Assembly: GCA_963827475.1 (NCBI GenBank) | Contig: CAWHAZ010000005.1 | Span: forward strand, 896,001 to 960,000 | Length of the DNA stretch: 64,000 nt | Direction of reading: 5' to 3' | DNA from: an uncultured Chloroflexia bacterium | Lineage (GTDB): Bacteria; Chloroflexota; Limnocylindria; QHBO01 | Shown here: in pieces, positions 20,180-31,450 of the stretch | How positions within the stretch are numbered: the stretch's first letter is position 1 | Layout of the letters: every line of letters begins with the position of its first letter | Program-made: the position numbers and the translations under genes | Notes under the pieces: model-generated | What the model saw: only the letters and a program-made list of their open reading frames with translations | Told to the model about the DNA's origin: nothing | Database searches by the model: none

Positions 20180-23100
20180 TCAGGCGGGAACCTCGACCGG
20201 CAGATCGGCCAGGCGGAGGGAGAGCACCCGGCTCACGGCGGCATCGGTCATGGTCACCCCGTAGATCGTGTCCGCGGTCTCGATGGTCGCCCGGTTGTGG
20301 GTGATGACCACGAAGTCGATGGTCTGGGCCAGGCGACGCAGGGCGTCGGCGAACCGGCCGATGTTCGCCTCGTCGAGGGCGGCGTCCACCTCGTCCAGGA
20401 CACAGAACGGCACCGGGTTCACGGTCAGCATCGCGAACAGGAGCGCGACCCCGGCGAGCGCCCGCTCCCCGCCCGAGAGCATGGCCAGGCGCTGGAGCCG
20501 CTTCCCTGGCGGGCGAACGGCGATCTCGATTCCGCCGGGCGCCTCCACGCCGTTCGAGGATTCGCTGTCCGCCTCCGCCTCGTGGGTCAGCTCCAGCGAG
20601 GCGCTCCCCCCGTCGAAGAGGAGACGGCAGTACTCGTCGAACCGCTGACCGATGGCCGCGAAGGCGGCCTGGAACTGGCTCGAGATCTCCTGGTCGAGCC
20701 GGGCGATGAGCTCCTCGGTCGAGTCCGCGGCCCCACGCAGGTCGGCCTCCTGGACGGTGAGCTCCTCCAGTCGGGCCGACAGCTCGCGGTGCTCCTCGAT
20801 GGCGAACGGGTTGACCGATCCGATCTGGTGCAGCGTGCGCCTCGTGCGACGAAGCTCCTCGGCCAGCTCCTCCTCGTTCAGGGCCGTGGGGTCGGCCGCG
20901 TCCGGATCAGCCTGCGTGCCCTCTTCGGCCTCGGGCACGCCCTCGAGGGACAGCTCCCGCTCGCGCTCGAGTCCGGCCAGCGCCTCTTCCAGTCGCGAGA
21001 CCTCGGCGACGGTCTGCCGCTGGTCGGCATCCAGCTCGGCCATCCGGCCGGCTCCGCCTCCCGCATGCCGCTCCGCCTCGAGCAGGGCCTGGCGTGCCGC
21101 CTCGCGAGCCTCGTCCGCGCCCGCCCGACGCTCCGTCGATTCCGTCTCGGCGGCGCGCGCGGTCGGTTAGCGTGGCCGCGGCCTCGCGCAGCGACTCGCC
21201 CACGACGGCTCGTTCGGTTGCGATGCGGGCGATCGCGCGGTGGAGCTGGTCGGTGCGCTCGGCATGGCGGGCGGCGCTGGCGCGGTGGTCCCCGGCCCCC
21301 GCGTCCTGTTCGTCGGCAAGGCGGACCGCGGACTCCCACGCCTGTCGGGCCTCGTCGCGTTCCGCGTCGGCGGCCTCGCGGGCAACCCGAGCCTCGGCGG
21401 TGGCGGCCTCCAGGGACGGCGATCTCCCCGCCGACGGCTGCGGACTGGTTCGGAGCCTGGCCCGGGGCCGGCAGATCGGCCAGGGCGGCGGTCAGCCGGT
21501 CGCGGTCGGCGGAGAGGCGCTCGGCAGCCGCGTCGGCGGCGATGCCGTCCTCGTCGGCTCGGACCGAGGCCGCGCGTGCCGCTTCCGCGCTCGACTGCGC
21601 CACGGAGGCGGCCTCAGTGGCGGCCTCGAGGGCCGCCCGGGCTCCCGTCAGGGTGCGGGCGGCTTCGTCCGCGTCGGTGTTGATCCGGTTGGCGAGCTCG
21701 GTCAGCTCGGCCAGCCGGGCAGCGCGGCCGCGGTTCGGGGCGTCAGTGGTTGCGCGGCCGCGGACCGTGACCATGCCGCGGGCGTCGGCCAGGTCCCCGG
21801 CGAGGGTCACCGCCGCCCATCCGTCGGGGAGGCGAATCCACCCCGCGAGCAGCGCCTCGATGTCCGGGGCGACCACGGTGCGGTGCAGGATCTCCGGCGC
21901 GGCGCGGTCGTTCAGGAGCTCGGCGAGGGTCTGGGTGGCGCCGACCGCAGCCAGCGCCTCGGGCCGACCGGTCGGTTGGCCATCGGCGGGCGCCAGGAGG
22001 CGAGCCTCGCCGGCCGTCTCTCCCGATGCCGCCTTCCCGACGCCGGCGCCGGCTCCTGGCTTCCAGCTCAACGCCCGATCAACGTCGCCGAGGACAGCGG
22101 CCACGGCCGCTTCGGCCTCCGGGGGGACGTTGCCGAGCGCCTTCGGCTGCTCCCATCCGCCGGATCGCAGCTCCGCCGCCAGATCCGTGGTGCTGTCCGA
22201 CGGTTGACGCTCGATCTCGACCAGCTCTGCGGTGACGCGCGATCGGCGCTCGTCGAGCTCGGCTGCCGCGACGGCCGCTCGGCCAGCGTCCTCTTCGAGC
22301 GCGCCACGGCGGGCGACTGCGGCAGCGGCCGCCTCCTCGAGACGCGCGCAGCTCTGCGGCAGCCACAGTCCGCGCCCCCGCCAGCCGCGAAGCGGTCGCC
22401 GTGGCTTCCGATAACCGGGACGCGACATCGGCCAGGTCGCGGTCGGCGGCTTCGCGCCGCGCCTGTGCGCCCGCGGCCTCCTCCGCCCAGCGGCCAGCCT
22501 GTGCCAATCGGTCTGCCTCGCGCAGGCGCACCGCTGCCAGGGCCTCCTCGGCGGCCAGCACCTCGGCCGCGGCACCCCGCGCACGTTCGGCAGCCGCGCG
22601 CCAGCGTGCCTCTGCGGCGGTCGCGTCCGCGCGGCCGGTCCGTGCCGAGGCGGTGGTCCCAGGTGTCTGCTCATCGGCGCCCACGACCTGCGCCAGCTCC
22701 GCCAGCTCGTGCTCGACGCGCCCCGCCTCTGCCCCGAGGTCGAGGTCGCGCTCGACCAGTCCGTCGTGGCGTCCCTCGGCCCGGATCGCCGCCTCACGCG
22801 CGGCTTCCCACGCCGCCGACGCCTGCCGGGTCTCCTCTTCCGCGGCCCAGTAAGCCGCTTCGGCATCGGCGACCGCCTGCCGACCGCTTGCCTGCGCGCT
22901 CTGCTCCGCCTCCGCGTCGGCGGCCAGCGCCGCCGCCCGACGCCGCGCCTCGCCGAGCGAGGTCTGAAGGACCTGCGCGCGACGGGCGTGGTGCTCGAGG
23001 ATGAGCGCCCGGGCCCGCAGCCCGAGCCGGTCGTGCGCCTCCTGGTGCTCGGCCTGGAGAGCCAGCCGACGGACCTGCGGCTTCAGCTCGCGCACGAGGT

Positions 23101-23680
23101 CGGACATGCGGGTCAGGTTGTCGCGTGCCTTGCCGAGCCGAGCCATGGCCTCGTTCCGCCTGACCTGAAGCGCCTTCACCCCGGCCGCCTCCTCGAACAG
23201 CTGGCGCCGCTCCTCCGGCCGCAGGGAGAGCGCCGCGTCGACCGTCCCCTGCCCGACCACCACCAGCTCGTTGGCCCCCAGCCGGCCACCGGCGAGCAGC
23301 TCGACCACGTCCCGCAGCCGCGCCCGGCTCCCGTTGATCAGGTACTCCGGGTCCCCGGACCGGTACGCCCGGCGCGCGATCGTGACCTCCTCGAACTCGA
23401 TCGGCAGCCAGCCATCGTGGTTGTCGAAGGTGAGTGTCACCTCCGCCATGCCAATCGGCTTGCGGCTCTCGGAGCCGGCGAAGATCACGTCGTCCGACCG
23501 CCGCGTGCGAAGGGATCGGTTCGACTGCTCGCCCAGCACCCAGCGGATCGCGTCGGCCATGTTGCTCTTGCCGCTGCCGTTGGGACCGATGACCGCGGTC
23601 ACGCCCGGCTCGAACACGAACCGGGTCGGCTCCGCGAAGCTCTTGAAGCCGTGGAGCTTGAGCTCCTTCAGGCGGGTCAT
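20180..23680 (-). CDS. smc: Chromosome segregation protein SMC; several apparent frameshifts
   Basis: GFKSF, GPNGSGKSN; coiled coil and hinge; LSGGE, LDEVDAALD, ITH. Confidence 0.93.
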
Positions 23681-24381
23681 GCCCCCACCTCGGCCAGGTG
23701 CTCCAGCGCGGCCTGAGCGGCGACTTCCTCGGCCCGCTGGCGGCTGCTGCCCGAGCCGGTGGCGAGGCGTTCGGCGCTGATGACGACCGCGACGGTGAAC
23801 TGCTGGGCGTGGGCCGGGCCGCGAGATTCCACCAGCTCGTATGCCGGGCGGACGCCGCGATGTCGCTGGCTCCATTCCTGGAGCCGGCTCTTGGCCGACT
23901 TCGGCCCGGCCGCATCCGACGGCGGGGCGAGATGAGCGGACAGGATCGGGGCGAAGGCGCTCTCGACGGCGGCCATGCCCTCGCTGAGGTAGACCGCCCC
24001 GACGAGGGCCTCGAAGGCGGCGGCCAGGACCGATGGACGGCCGGCGCCGCCGCTGTCCAGCTCCCCGCGGCCGAGACGGAGGTAGCGGTCGAGCTGGAGC
24101 TCGCTGGCGAGGCCAGCGAGGGCGGTGCGGTTGACGATCGCCGCCCGGTGGGCGGTCAGGCCGCCCTCATCGGACTCGGGGAAGCGCTGGTACAGGATCC
24201 GGCTGACGATCAGGCCGAGGACGGCGTCGCCGAGGAACTCGAGGCGCTCGTTGTTGCCCGTGACCAGGTCGGGGTTCTCGTTGGCGTACGAGGCATGGAT
24301 GAACGCCTGATCGATGGCGTCTGGATCCTGGAAGACGAGGCCGAGTCGCTCACCCAGCTCGCGGATGGTGGGTGAGGTCAC
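23677..24381 (-). CDS. rnc: Ribonuclease III
   Basis: NERLEFLGDAVL; C-terminal dsRBD KSRLQE. Confidence 0.97.
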   Translation of the reverse strand: MTSPTIRELGERLGLVFQDPDAIDQAFIHASYANENPDLVTGNNERLEFLGDAVLGLIVSRILYQRFPESDEGGLTAHRAAIVNRTALAGLASELQLDRYLRLGRGELDSGGAGRPSVLAAAFEALVGAVYLSEGMAAVESAFAPILSAHLAPPSDAAGPKSAKSRLQEWSQRHRGVRPAYELVESRGPAHAQQFTVAVVISAERLATGSGSSRQRAEEVAAQAALEHLAEVGA

Positions 24382-24389
24382 GGGGGAAC

Positions 24390-24632
24390 CTACTGCTGGC
24401 GTTCCTCGATGTATTCGACCGCGTCGGAGACCTTCTGGATCTTCTCGGCATCCTCGTCCGAGATCTCCATGCCGAACTCTTCCTCGAGGCTCATGATGAG
24501 CTCCACCAGGTCGAGCGAGTCGGCGTTCAGGTCCTCGACGAACGCCGCTTCCAGCGTGACGTCGTCTGGTTCGACGCCGAGCTGCTCAACGATGATCTTC
24601 TTGAGCCGCTCGAACGTGGTGCCGTCGGTCAC
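24390..24632 (-). CDS. acpP: Acyl carrier protein
   Basis: [15 protein letters not shown]. Confidence 0.97.
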   Translation of the reverse strand: MTDGTTFERLKKIIVEQLGVEPDDVTLEAAFVEDLNADSLDLVELIMSLEEEFGMEISDEDAEKIQKVSDAVEYIEERQQ

Positions 24633-25073
24633 CCTTCGTCTCCCTCAGGTTCGGGTCTGACAGGTTGGGGCTTGGCCACACCTCGGAGGACGCCACCGAC
24701 GAGTCGGGCCGCCGATTCCCCGGCGTACGTCCGAGCGAGAGAGACCGCGTCGCGGATCGTTCCGCTCGGAATCGCGGCGGAGTATAGCACCTCAAAAAGG
24801 GCACTCCGGAGGATCGTCCGTTCGATCCGGCCAAGCTCCGCGACGGGGATCTTCGGGGCGCGGGTGGCGATCTCCGCGTCGAGCTCCTTCACGTGGCTGG
24901 CGACGCCGGAGACGATGGCGCGCGCGTGCTCGACGACCCTCGGCTCGGCCTCCCATTCGAGCGGCCAGCCGCTCCAGCGCGGCGGCGGCCTGCTGGGGCG
25001 GGAATTCGGCCTCGAACAGGGCCACCATGGCCAGCCGCCGGGCGCGCCGGGCCGGCCGTTCGCGGCCCGCCAC
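24629..25073 (-). CDS. nusB: Transcription antitermination factor NusB; frameshift near 24955
   Basis: [13 protein letters not shown] then ELDAEI...[12 protein letters not shown]...LARTYAGE...VGGVL. Confidence 0.85.
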
Positions 25074-26144
25074 CTAGGAGGCGGGCTCCACCGGGATCGG
25101 GGTCGGTGCCTCGGCCTCGTCGTCCTCCGAGTCGCCGGTGTCCGCGGCGAGCCCCGGATGCCGGCGGCTCCACTCGGCGATGACCGCGGGCATGTTCGCC
25201 GCGGCGGCCTCGGAGCCGACGCGGATCGCGTTCTCCACCATCCTGGCCTTGGCCCGGCCGTGCGTCACGATGCTCACCCCGCGCACCCCGAGCAGCGGCG
25301 AGCCGCCGAACTGCTCGTAGTCGAACCGATGCCGGAGGCGATCGATCCCCGGTCGCAGGGCGAGGACCGCGAGCGGCGCCACCGGGCCGCGGAGGAGGTC
25401 CTCGCGGATCGAGCGGAAGATGTACGAGGTCAGGCCCTCGGTCAGCTTGATCATGGCGTTGCCCACGAACCCGTCGCACACCACCACGTCGGCGACGTGG
25501 CCCGCCAGGTCATGCGGCTCGACGTTGCCGACGAAGTTCAGGTCCGCGGCGCTCAGGCGGACGAACGCCTCGCGGGTCAATGCGTCGCCCTTCTCCGGCT
25601 CCTCCCCGATGTTCAGCAGCCCGACCCGCGGCGTCGGGACGTGGAGGACGCGCTCGGCATAGAGCGAGCCCATCGCCGCGAACTGGACGAGGTTGTGCGG
25701 CTCGGAGTCGACGTTGGCGCCGACGTCGAGCAGGACGAGCGGGCCCGAGGGGGTCAGGAAGTAGGCGGGCAGGGCCGGGCGGTCGATCCCCTCCAGGCGG
25801 CCGAGGCGGAAGATCGCCGCGGCCATCGTGGCGCCGGTCGACCCGGCGCTGACCACCGCATCGGCCGATCCGTCGCGGACGAGGTCGGTCGCGACCCGGA
25901 TCGAGGACCGGCGGCGGCGGACGCCGGCGGCCGGCGACTCCCCCATCGCAACCACTTCGGGAGCGTCGACGAACGAGACGCTCGCCGGGCGACCGCGGCC
26001 GTACTCGTCGGCCTCGCGTTCGAGGCGCGGCACGTCGCCGACGAGGAGCACCTCGTCGGCGTGGGTGGCGGCGTAGTTGATTGCCCCCCGGACGATCTCG
26101 CGCGGTGCGAGGTCGCCGCCCATCGCATCGACCGCGATGCGCAT
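25074..26144 (-). CDS. plsX: Phosphate acyltransferase PlsX
   Basis: IAVDAMGGDLAP, SAGSTGA, LDVGAN, LLNIGEEPEKG, CDGFVGN. Confidence 0.97.
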   Translation of the reverse strand: MRIAVDAMGGDLAPREIVRGAINYAATHADEVLLVGDVPRLEREADEYGRGRPASVSFVDAPEVVAMGESPAAGVRRRRSSIRVATDLVRDGSADAVVSAGSTGATMAAAIFRLGRLEGIDRPALPAYFLTPSGPLVLLDVGANVDSEPHNLVQFAAMGSLYAERVLHVPTPRVGLLNIGEEPEKGDALTREAFVRLSAADLNFVGNVEPHDLAGHVADVVVCDGFVGNAMIKLTEGLTSYIFRSIREDLLRGPVAPLAVLALRPGIDRLRHRFDYEQFGGSPLLGVRGVSIVTHGRAKARMVENAIRVGSEAAAANMPAVIAEWSRRHPGLAADTGDSEDDEAEAPTPIPVEPAS

Positions 26145-26166
26145 CGGGCGGACGGTCAGTCAACCG

Positions 26167-26370
26167 TCAGCGGCCGGACTCGGTCGGGGTGGGCGCCGGC
26201 GGCGGTACCACCTCGCGGCCGTTGTGCCAGCCGCAGGTGGGGCACACGGTGTGAGCGCGCTTCAGCTCGTGGCAGTGGTCGCACTCGACCAGGGTCGGCG
26301 CACGCAGCGCGAGATGGGCTCGGCGCTCGTTCTTCCGGGACTTGGAGGCTCTTCGCTTGGGAACGCCCAC
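26167..26370 (-). CDS. rpmF: 50S ribosomal protein L32 (Zn-binding type)
   Basis: GVPKRRASKSR, CDHC...HTVCPTCGWHNG; GGCTATACT upstream. Confidence 0.95.
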   Translation of the reverse strand: MGVPKRRASKSRKNERRAHLALRAPTLVECDHCHELKRAHTVCPTCGWHNGREVVPPPAPTPTESGR

Positions 26371-26443
26371 AGGCTCTCCTGATCTGAATCGGGTTGAGGA
26401 GGCCGCAGTATAGCCGCGGCCAATGGCCGGGACCACCACCGGG

Positions 26444-26977
26444 TCAGTCGGGCGGCGGCTTCCAGTCCGCGAGCGCGGCAAGCCGGGGGTCCACGTCGAC
26501 ACCGCCGTGGTCCTCGTGGCCGGGGTCGTCCAGCCGGCGCCCGCAGACGGGACACAGGCCGCGGCAGTCCGGACGGCAGAGCGGGTGCATCGGCTCGGCC
26601 AGGGTGAGCTCATCGGCGAGCAGGGCGGCGAGGTCGATCTCGCGGTGGGCGTCGATCCGGGAGACGTCACCCTCGGCGCCGTCCACCGGCAGAACCGCTC
26701 CGGTGGCCGGATCGACGGACGCCAGGAACTCCTCGGCGAGCGCCACCTCCACCGGCTCGTCGAACTCATCGAGGCAGCGGATACAGGTCCTCCGGGCGAG
26801 GGTCCGTGCCCGCCCGGTGGCCAGGATGCCCCGGTTCGTGCGCTGGAGGCGGAGCGTGCCCAGCACCCGGCGTGGCGGCTGCCCGTCGATGGGCGCCCAC
26901 TCCAACTCGCCGAGCTCGACCGTGCGGGTGGTGCCGGCCGGATCCCGCAGCAGACCCGCCACGTTGAGGCGGGTCAC
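26444..26977 (-). CDS. YceD/DUF177 family protein
   Basis: CIRCL, PLCRPDCRGLCPVCG, DPRLAAL. Confidence 0.92.
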   Translation of the reverse strand: MTRLNVAGLLRDPAGTTRTVELGELEWAPIDGQPPRRVLGTLRLQRTNRGILATGRARTLARRTCIRCLDEFDEPVEVALAEEFLASVDPATGAVLPVDGAEGDVSRIDAHREIDLAALLADELTLAEPMHPLCRPDCRGLCPVCGRRLDDPGHEDHGGVDVDPRLAALADWKPPPD

Positions 26978-27492
26978 CCCGATACGGGCGTTCCGACTGC
27001 TCGATCAGCCTCGGGCTGGACGGGAATGGCATCGACCGTGGTCGGCCCGCGGCGCTGGTCGAGCATCTCGATCCCGTGCTTGATGCTGGTCAGCGTCTTG
27101 GTGACCTCTCCCTCGAGCCGGATGAGGACGCCGGCGGCGTACTCGTCCGCCCCGTGCCGCACCTCGCCGGCCTCGTGGGTCGCCTGCTCGAGGATCTCCC
27201 CCGCCCGCTGCTGGGCGAGGCGCACGAGCTCGCGCTCCTCGAGCATGTGCGCGGCCTGCTCCTGGGCCCGGGCGATGATCGCGTCGCCCTCCTCGCGGGC
27301 GTGATCCACGATCCGTCCCGCTTCCCCGGTGATGCGCTGCGCCTGGCGGACCTCTTCCGGCATGGCGACCCGGATCTGGTCCACCAGCTCGAGCACGGCT
27401 CCCTGGTCGACGACGACGTTGTTCGTGAGCGGGACCCGCGTGCCGGTGGCGACCAGCACTTCGAGGCGCTCCACAAGGAACAGGATGTCCGT
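26974..27492 (-). CDS. Coiled-coil DivIVA-like/ATPase-subunit-like hypothetical protein typically found after coaD (probable ACG start)
   Basis: DILFLVERLE...RVPLT...MPEEVRQAQRI...GADEYA. Confidence 0.8.
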   Translation of the reverse strand, partial: TDILFLVERLEVLVATGTRVPLTNNVVVDQGAVLELVDQIRVAMPEEVRQAQRITGEAGRIVDHAREEGDAIIARAQEQAAHMLEERELVRLAQQRAGEILEQATHEAGEVRHGADEYAAGVLIRLEGEVTKTLTSIKHGIEMLDQRRGPTTVDAIPVQPEADRAVGTPVSG

Positions 27493-27579
27493 GACATGAC
27501 CTCCGACGGCGGTTGTGGCCGATACTACACCCGGCCATCGTTGTCGTACAACGTCATACCGCGCCCGGAGGGCGCCAGA

Positions 27580-28083
27580 TCACTCCCTGCCTGGGGAGCT
27601 GCTCCCAAAGCGTTCCCGGAGAGCCGCCGCCACGCCGGGCGGCACCATCTCGGACACGTCCCCGCCGAACGTCGCCACCTCCTTGGCCAGGGTCGACGAG
27701 ACGTAGCCGTACTCCAGCCCGGTCATGAGGAACACGGTGTCGATGTCCGGCGCCAGGCGCCGGTTGGTGTGGGCCATCTGCAGCTCGGCCTCGAAGTCGC
27801 TGATCGCGCGCAGGCCGCGGATCACGAAGCCCGCCTCGTGGCGCGCGGCGAACTCCACGGTCAGCCCGTTGAAGGCCTCGACGCTGACCGATGGGCCCAG
27901 GTCGCCGACCTCGGCCGTGATCAGCGCCACGCGTTCGGTGGTGGAAAACAGCGGGCTCTTGCGGGTGTTGTCGAGGACGCCGATGACGAGCCGGTCGAAG
28001 AGGACCGCACCTCGACGCACGACGTCGAGGTGGGCGTTGGTGATCGGGTCGAAGGACCCGGGGAAGACCGCCACGCGGGTCAT
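27580..28083 (-). CDS. coaD: Phosphopantetheine adenylyltransferase
   Basis: FPGSFDPITNAH, RGLRAISDFE, VSSTLAKE. Confidence 0.97.
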   Translation of the reverse strand: MTRVAVFPGSFDPITNAHLDVVRRGAVLFDRLVIGVLDNTRKSPLFSTTERVALITAEVGDLGPSVSVEAFNGLTVEFAARHEAGFVIRGLRAISDFEAELQMAHTNRRLAPDIDTVFLMTGLEYGYVSSTLAKEVATFGGDVSEMVPPGVAAALRERFGSSSPGRE

Positions 28084-28619
28084 CGCTCCTCCTCCAGGAA
28101 GGTCAGCGCCGTCTCGCCGAACCGTCGGCTGCGGATGACCGCCAGGCCGGCTCCGGCCGGCATCGGTGTTCGCCAGAAGTGCTTGACCACGACCAGCGCG
28201 CCGGGCGCGAGGTGGGGACGCAGCCGTTCCAGCGGCAGGTCGAGTGTACGCTCCGCGTACGGCGGATCGAGGACGACGACGTCCCACGCCGGGGCGTCGG
28301 TGCCGGCCAGGAACGCCTCCACCGATCGGGCGTGGACCTCCGCCCCATCCGCCAACCCAGTCGTCGCCAGGTTGTCGCGGATGACCGACACCGCCGACCG
28401 AGCCCGCTCGACGAACGTCGCGCTCCCCGCCCCGCGGGACAGGGCCTCGATCCCGATCGCACCGCTCCCCGCGTACAGGTCGAGCACGCGGGCTCCGAGC
28501 ACCCGCTCGCCGATGGCCCCGAACAGCGACTCCTTCACCTTGTCGCTGATGGGCCGGGTCCGCGGATCCTTCGGCGCGGCGAGGCGCAGCCCGCGAGCCG
28601 AGCCGGCGATCACCCGCAT
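28080..28619 (-). CDS. rsmD: 16S rRNA m2G966 methyltransferase
   Basis: MRVIAG, TRP, LDLYAGSGAIGIEALSRG, DPPY. Confidence 0.95.
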   Translation of the reverse strand: MRVIAGSARGLRLAAPKDPRTRPISDKVKESLFGAIGERVLGARVLDLYAGSGAIGIEALSRGAGSATFVERARSAVSVIRDNLATTGLADGAEVHARSVEAFLAGTDAPAWDVVVLDPPYAERTLDLPLERLRPHLAPGALVVVKHFWRTPMPAGAGLAVIRSRRFGETALTFLEEER

Positions 28620-30719
28620 CAGGCCGCGTTGCCCTCTTCGTCGGGGACGGTGAAGGCCCGCTGCTCGCGGACGAGCTCCGCGCGCCCGGTGAGGGCCGGG
28701 TCCTCCGCCACCAGGGCGCGGGCCAGGGTCCGGGCCTGCGCCGCCAGCTCGAGGTGGCGCGGGTTGAAGAGCGACGCCACCCGCAGCGGAGGCAGCCCCG
28801 ACTGCCGGGTGCCGAGCACGTTGCCGGAGCCGCGGAGCTCGAGGTCCGCCTCGGCGATGGCGAACCCGTCGCTCGAGCCGCGGACGACCTCCAGCCGGCG
28901 TCGAGCCAGCTCGTCGGATGCGTCGGACATGAGGATGCAGTAGGACCGATCCGCTCCCCGGCCGACCCGGCCGCGGAGCTGGTGGAGCTGGGCCAGGCCG
29001 AACCGCTCGGCGTCCTCGATGACCATCACCGTCGCGTTCGGGATGTCGATCCCGACCTCGATGACGGTGGTGGCGACCAGGACGTCCGTCTCCCCCGCCG
29101 CGAAACGCTGCATCGCCGCCTCGCGGTCGGCGGACCGCTGCTGGCCGTGGACGAGGTCAACCCGGACGTCCGGCAGGGCCTCCCGCAAGCGCTCCGCCTC
29201 GGCCTCGGCGGATGCCGCGTCGAGGGCATCGCTCTCGATGACCAGGGGAGCGACGACGAAGGTCTGCCGCCCGGCCCGCGCCTCGTCCGCGATGAACGCC
29301 TCGATCTTCGGCAGGGCTGCCCGATCTCGGATCTCGGTCCGGATCGGCTGGCGGCCGGGCGGCGGGTGGCGGAGGGTGCTGATGGCGAGGTCGCCGTACA
29401 CGGTGAGGGCCAGGGTCCGCGGAATGGGGGTCGCGGTCAGGGCCAGCATGTGCGGCTCGAGCTCACCGGCCTTGGCCTGCAGGGCGCCCCGCTGCGCGAC
29501 GCCGAACCGGTGCTGTTCGTCGACGACCGCCAGGCCGAGGCGCTCGAAGGCCACGCCTTCGCTGATCACGGCGTGGGTCCCGACCACGACGTCCACCTCA
29601 CCGCGCGCGAGGCGCTCATGCGCTCGGCGCTTGTCAGCGGCGCGGAGGGACCCGGAGAGGTACTCGACTCGCACGCCCAGCGGGGCAAGGAGCGGGGCGA
29701 AGCCCGTCGTGATGCTGGCGGGCGAGGATCTCGGTCGGCGCCATGAGCGCCCCCTGCCGGCCGGAGCGGCAGGCCACGGCCAGGGCGACGGCCGCGACGG
29801 CGGTCTTGCCGCTGCCGACGTCGCCCTGGAGCAGCCGTCGCATCGGCACGTCCGACGCCAGGTCCGCGAGCACCTCATCGACCGCCTGCGCCTGGTCCGG
29901 GGTCAGCGCGAACGGCAGGCTGGCGACGACCTCCGCTCGGATGTCGTCGGCCACCGCGATCGGTGGCGCCTGGCGCTCGGAGCGCGCCGCCGCCGCCTGG
30001 GCGAGGGTGAGCTGGAGGGTGAGCAGCTCGTCGAACGCCAGGCGGTCGAGGGCCGGCTCGAGGTCATCGGCGTCGTCCGGGAAGTGGGCCGTGCGGATGG
30101 CGAGCGGCAGGTCGAGGAGCCCGACGCGCTCTCCGGGCCGCAGCGGATCGACCACGGCGGGCAGGCAACGGTCGAGGACCCGAGCCAGCAGCTCGCGGAC
30201 TCTGCGCAGGGTCACCCCGCCGACGAGGCGGTAGACCGGAACGACCCGGGCGGTGTGCACCGACTCGCGTGACGCGGGCGAGAACTCGGGGTTCGCGAAC
30301 TGCATCCGCCAGCCCTGGGCAGTCACTTTGCCGCTGACCACGATCTCGTCCCCGGGTCCAAGCCGCTTCTCGATGAAGCGGCGGCCGAACCAGATCGCCT
30401 CCGCGCTCCCGGTCAGATCCGACAGCTGGGCGATCGTCCGCGGCGGCCGGCGCCCGAAACCAGGCTCTGCCTTGAGGTCGTCGACCCGGACTCGGGCCGA
30501 CTGCTTCTCGCCCGGGACGAGATCCGCGATCCGGCGAAGGTTGCTGAAGTCGTCGTAGCGGAACGGGAGATAGAGCAGCGCCTCGCGCGGAGTCTCGATC
30601 CCCAGCCGGCGCAGGGTGGCCAACCCACCGCCGAGCTCGGGCAGCGCCTCGCGGAGCGGCAGGTCGAGGCGCTCCGGGGTCACCGCCCGCGGCGCTGGCC
30701 CGCCCCGCCGCGATTGCAT
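28619..30719 (-). CDS. recG: ATP-dependent DNA helicase RecG; frameshift near 29705
   Basis: LQGDVGSGKT, MAPTEILA, DEQHRFG, TATPIPRT, LHQLRGRVGR. Confidence 0.95.
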
Positions 30720-30802
30720 GGCTCGATCGTAGCGTGCTAGCATCGCCGCCGGTCCGGCTGCCCCGTGGCGGGCTGCCGGCTTCTTCGTGAATGGAGTCCC
30801 AA

Positions 30803-30994
30803 ATGGCCCGCGTCTGCGAGATCTGCGGCAAGCGCCCGATCACCGGCTGGAACGCCCAGTCGATCGGCATGAACCGGAAGCGCGCCGGACGACGCTGGCT
30901 GCCGAACCTCCAGAGCCTGACCGTCGTCCGCAATGGGCAGTCGGTCACCGTGCGCGCCTGCTCGCGCTGTCGGCGGACCGCCACCAAGGCCTAG
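30803..30994 (+). CDS. rpmB: 50S ribosomal protein L28
   Basis: MARVCEICGK...RRWLPNLQ...CSRC. Confidence 0.93.
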   Translation: MARVCEICGKRPITGWNAQSIGMNRKRAGRRWLPNLQSLTVVRNGQSVTVRACSRCRRTATKA

Positions 30995-31446
30995 CCCGCG
31001 GCGGACTCGCTCGAATCCAGCACCAGGGTGAACGGCCCGTCGTTCACCAGCTCGACCTCCATCCGCGCCCCGAACTCCCCCGTCTCGACGGAGACGCCTG
31101 CGCCCCGCAGCGCGCTGACGAACCGATCGACCAGCGGCGCCGCCTGCTCGGGGCCGGCCGCATCGGTGAAGCCCGGCCTCCGACCGTGGCGCGTGTCGGC
31201 CAGCAGGGTGAACTGGCTCACGACCAGCAGCGCACCGTCGACATCGGCCAGCGCCAGGTTCGTCCGGCCGTCGGCATCGGTGAAATAGCGCAGGCCCACG
31301 AGCTTGTCGGCCATCCGGTCGACGACCGCTCCGTCGTCGGTCGCCGCGACCCCGACCAGCACCACCGCCCCTCGCCCGATCGTCCCCAGCTCGCGACCAT
31401 CGCTGTGGACGGACGCCCGTGTCACGCGCTGGACAACCAGGCGCAT
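30991..31446 (-). CDS. dtd: D-aminoacyl-tRNA deacylase
   Basis: VVQRV, VSQFTL, GEFGARM, NDGPFT. Confidence 0.96.
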   Translation of the reverse strand: MRLVVQRVTRASVHSDGRELGTIGRGAVVLVGVAATDDGAVVDRMADKLVGLRYFTDADGRTNLALADVDGALLVVSQFTLLADTRHGRRPGFTDAAGPEQAAPLVDRFVSALRGAGVSVETGEFGARMEVELVNDGPFTLVLDSSESAAG

Positions 31447-31450
31447 CGGC

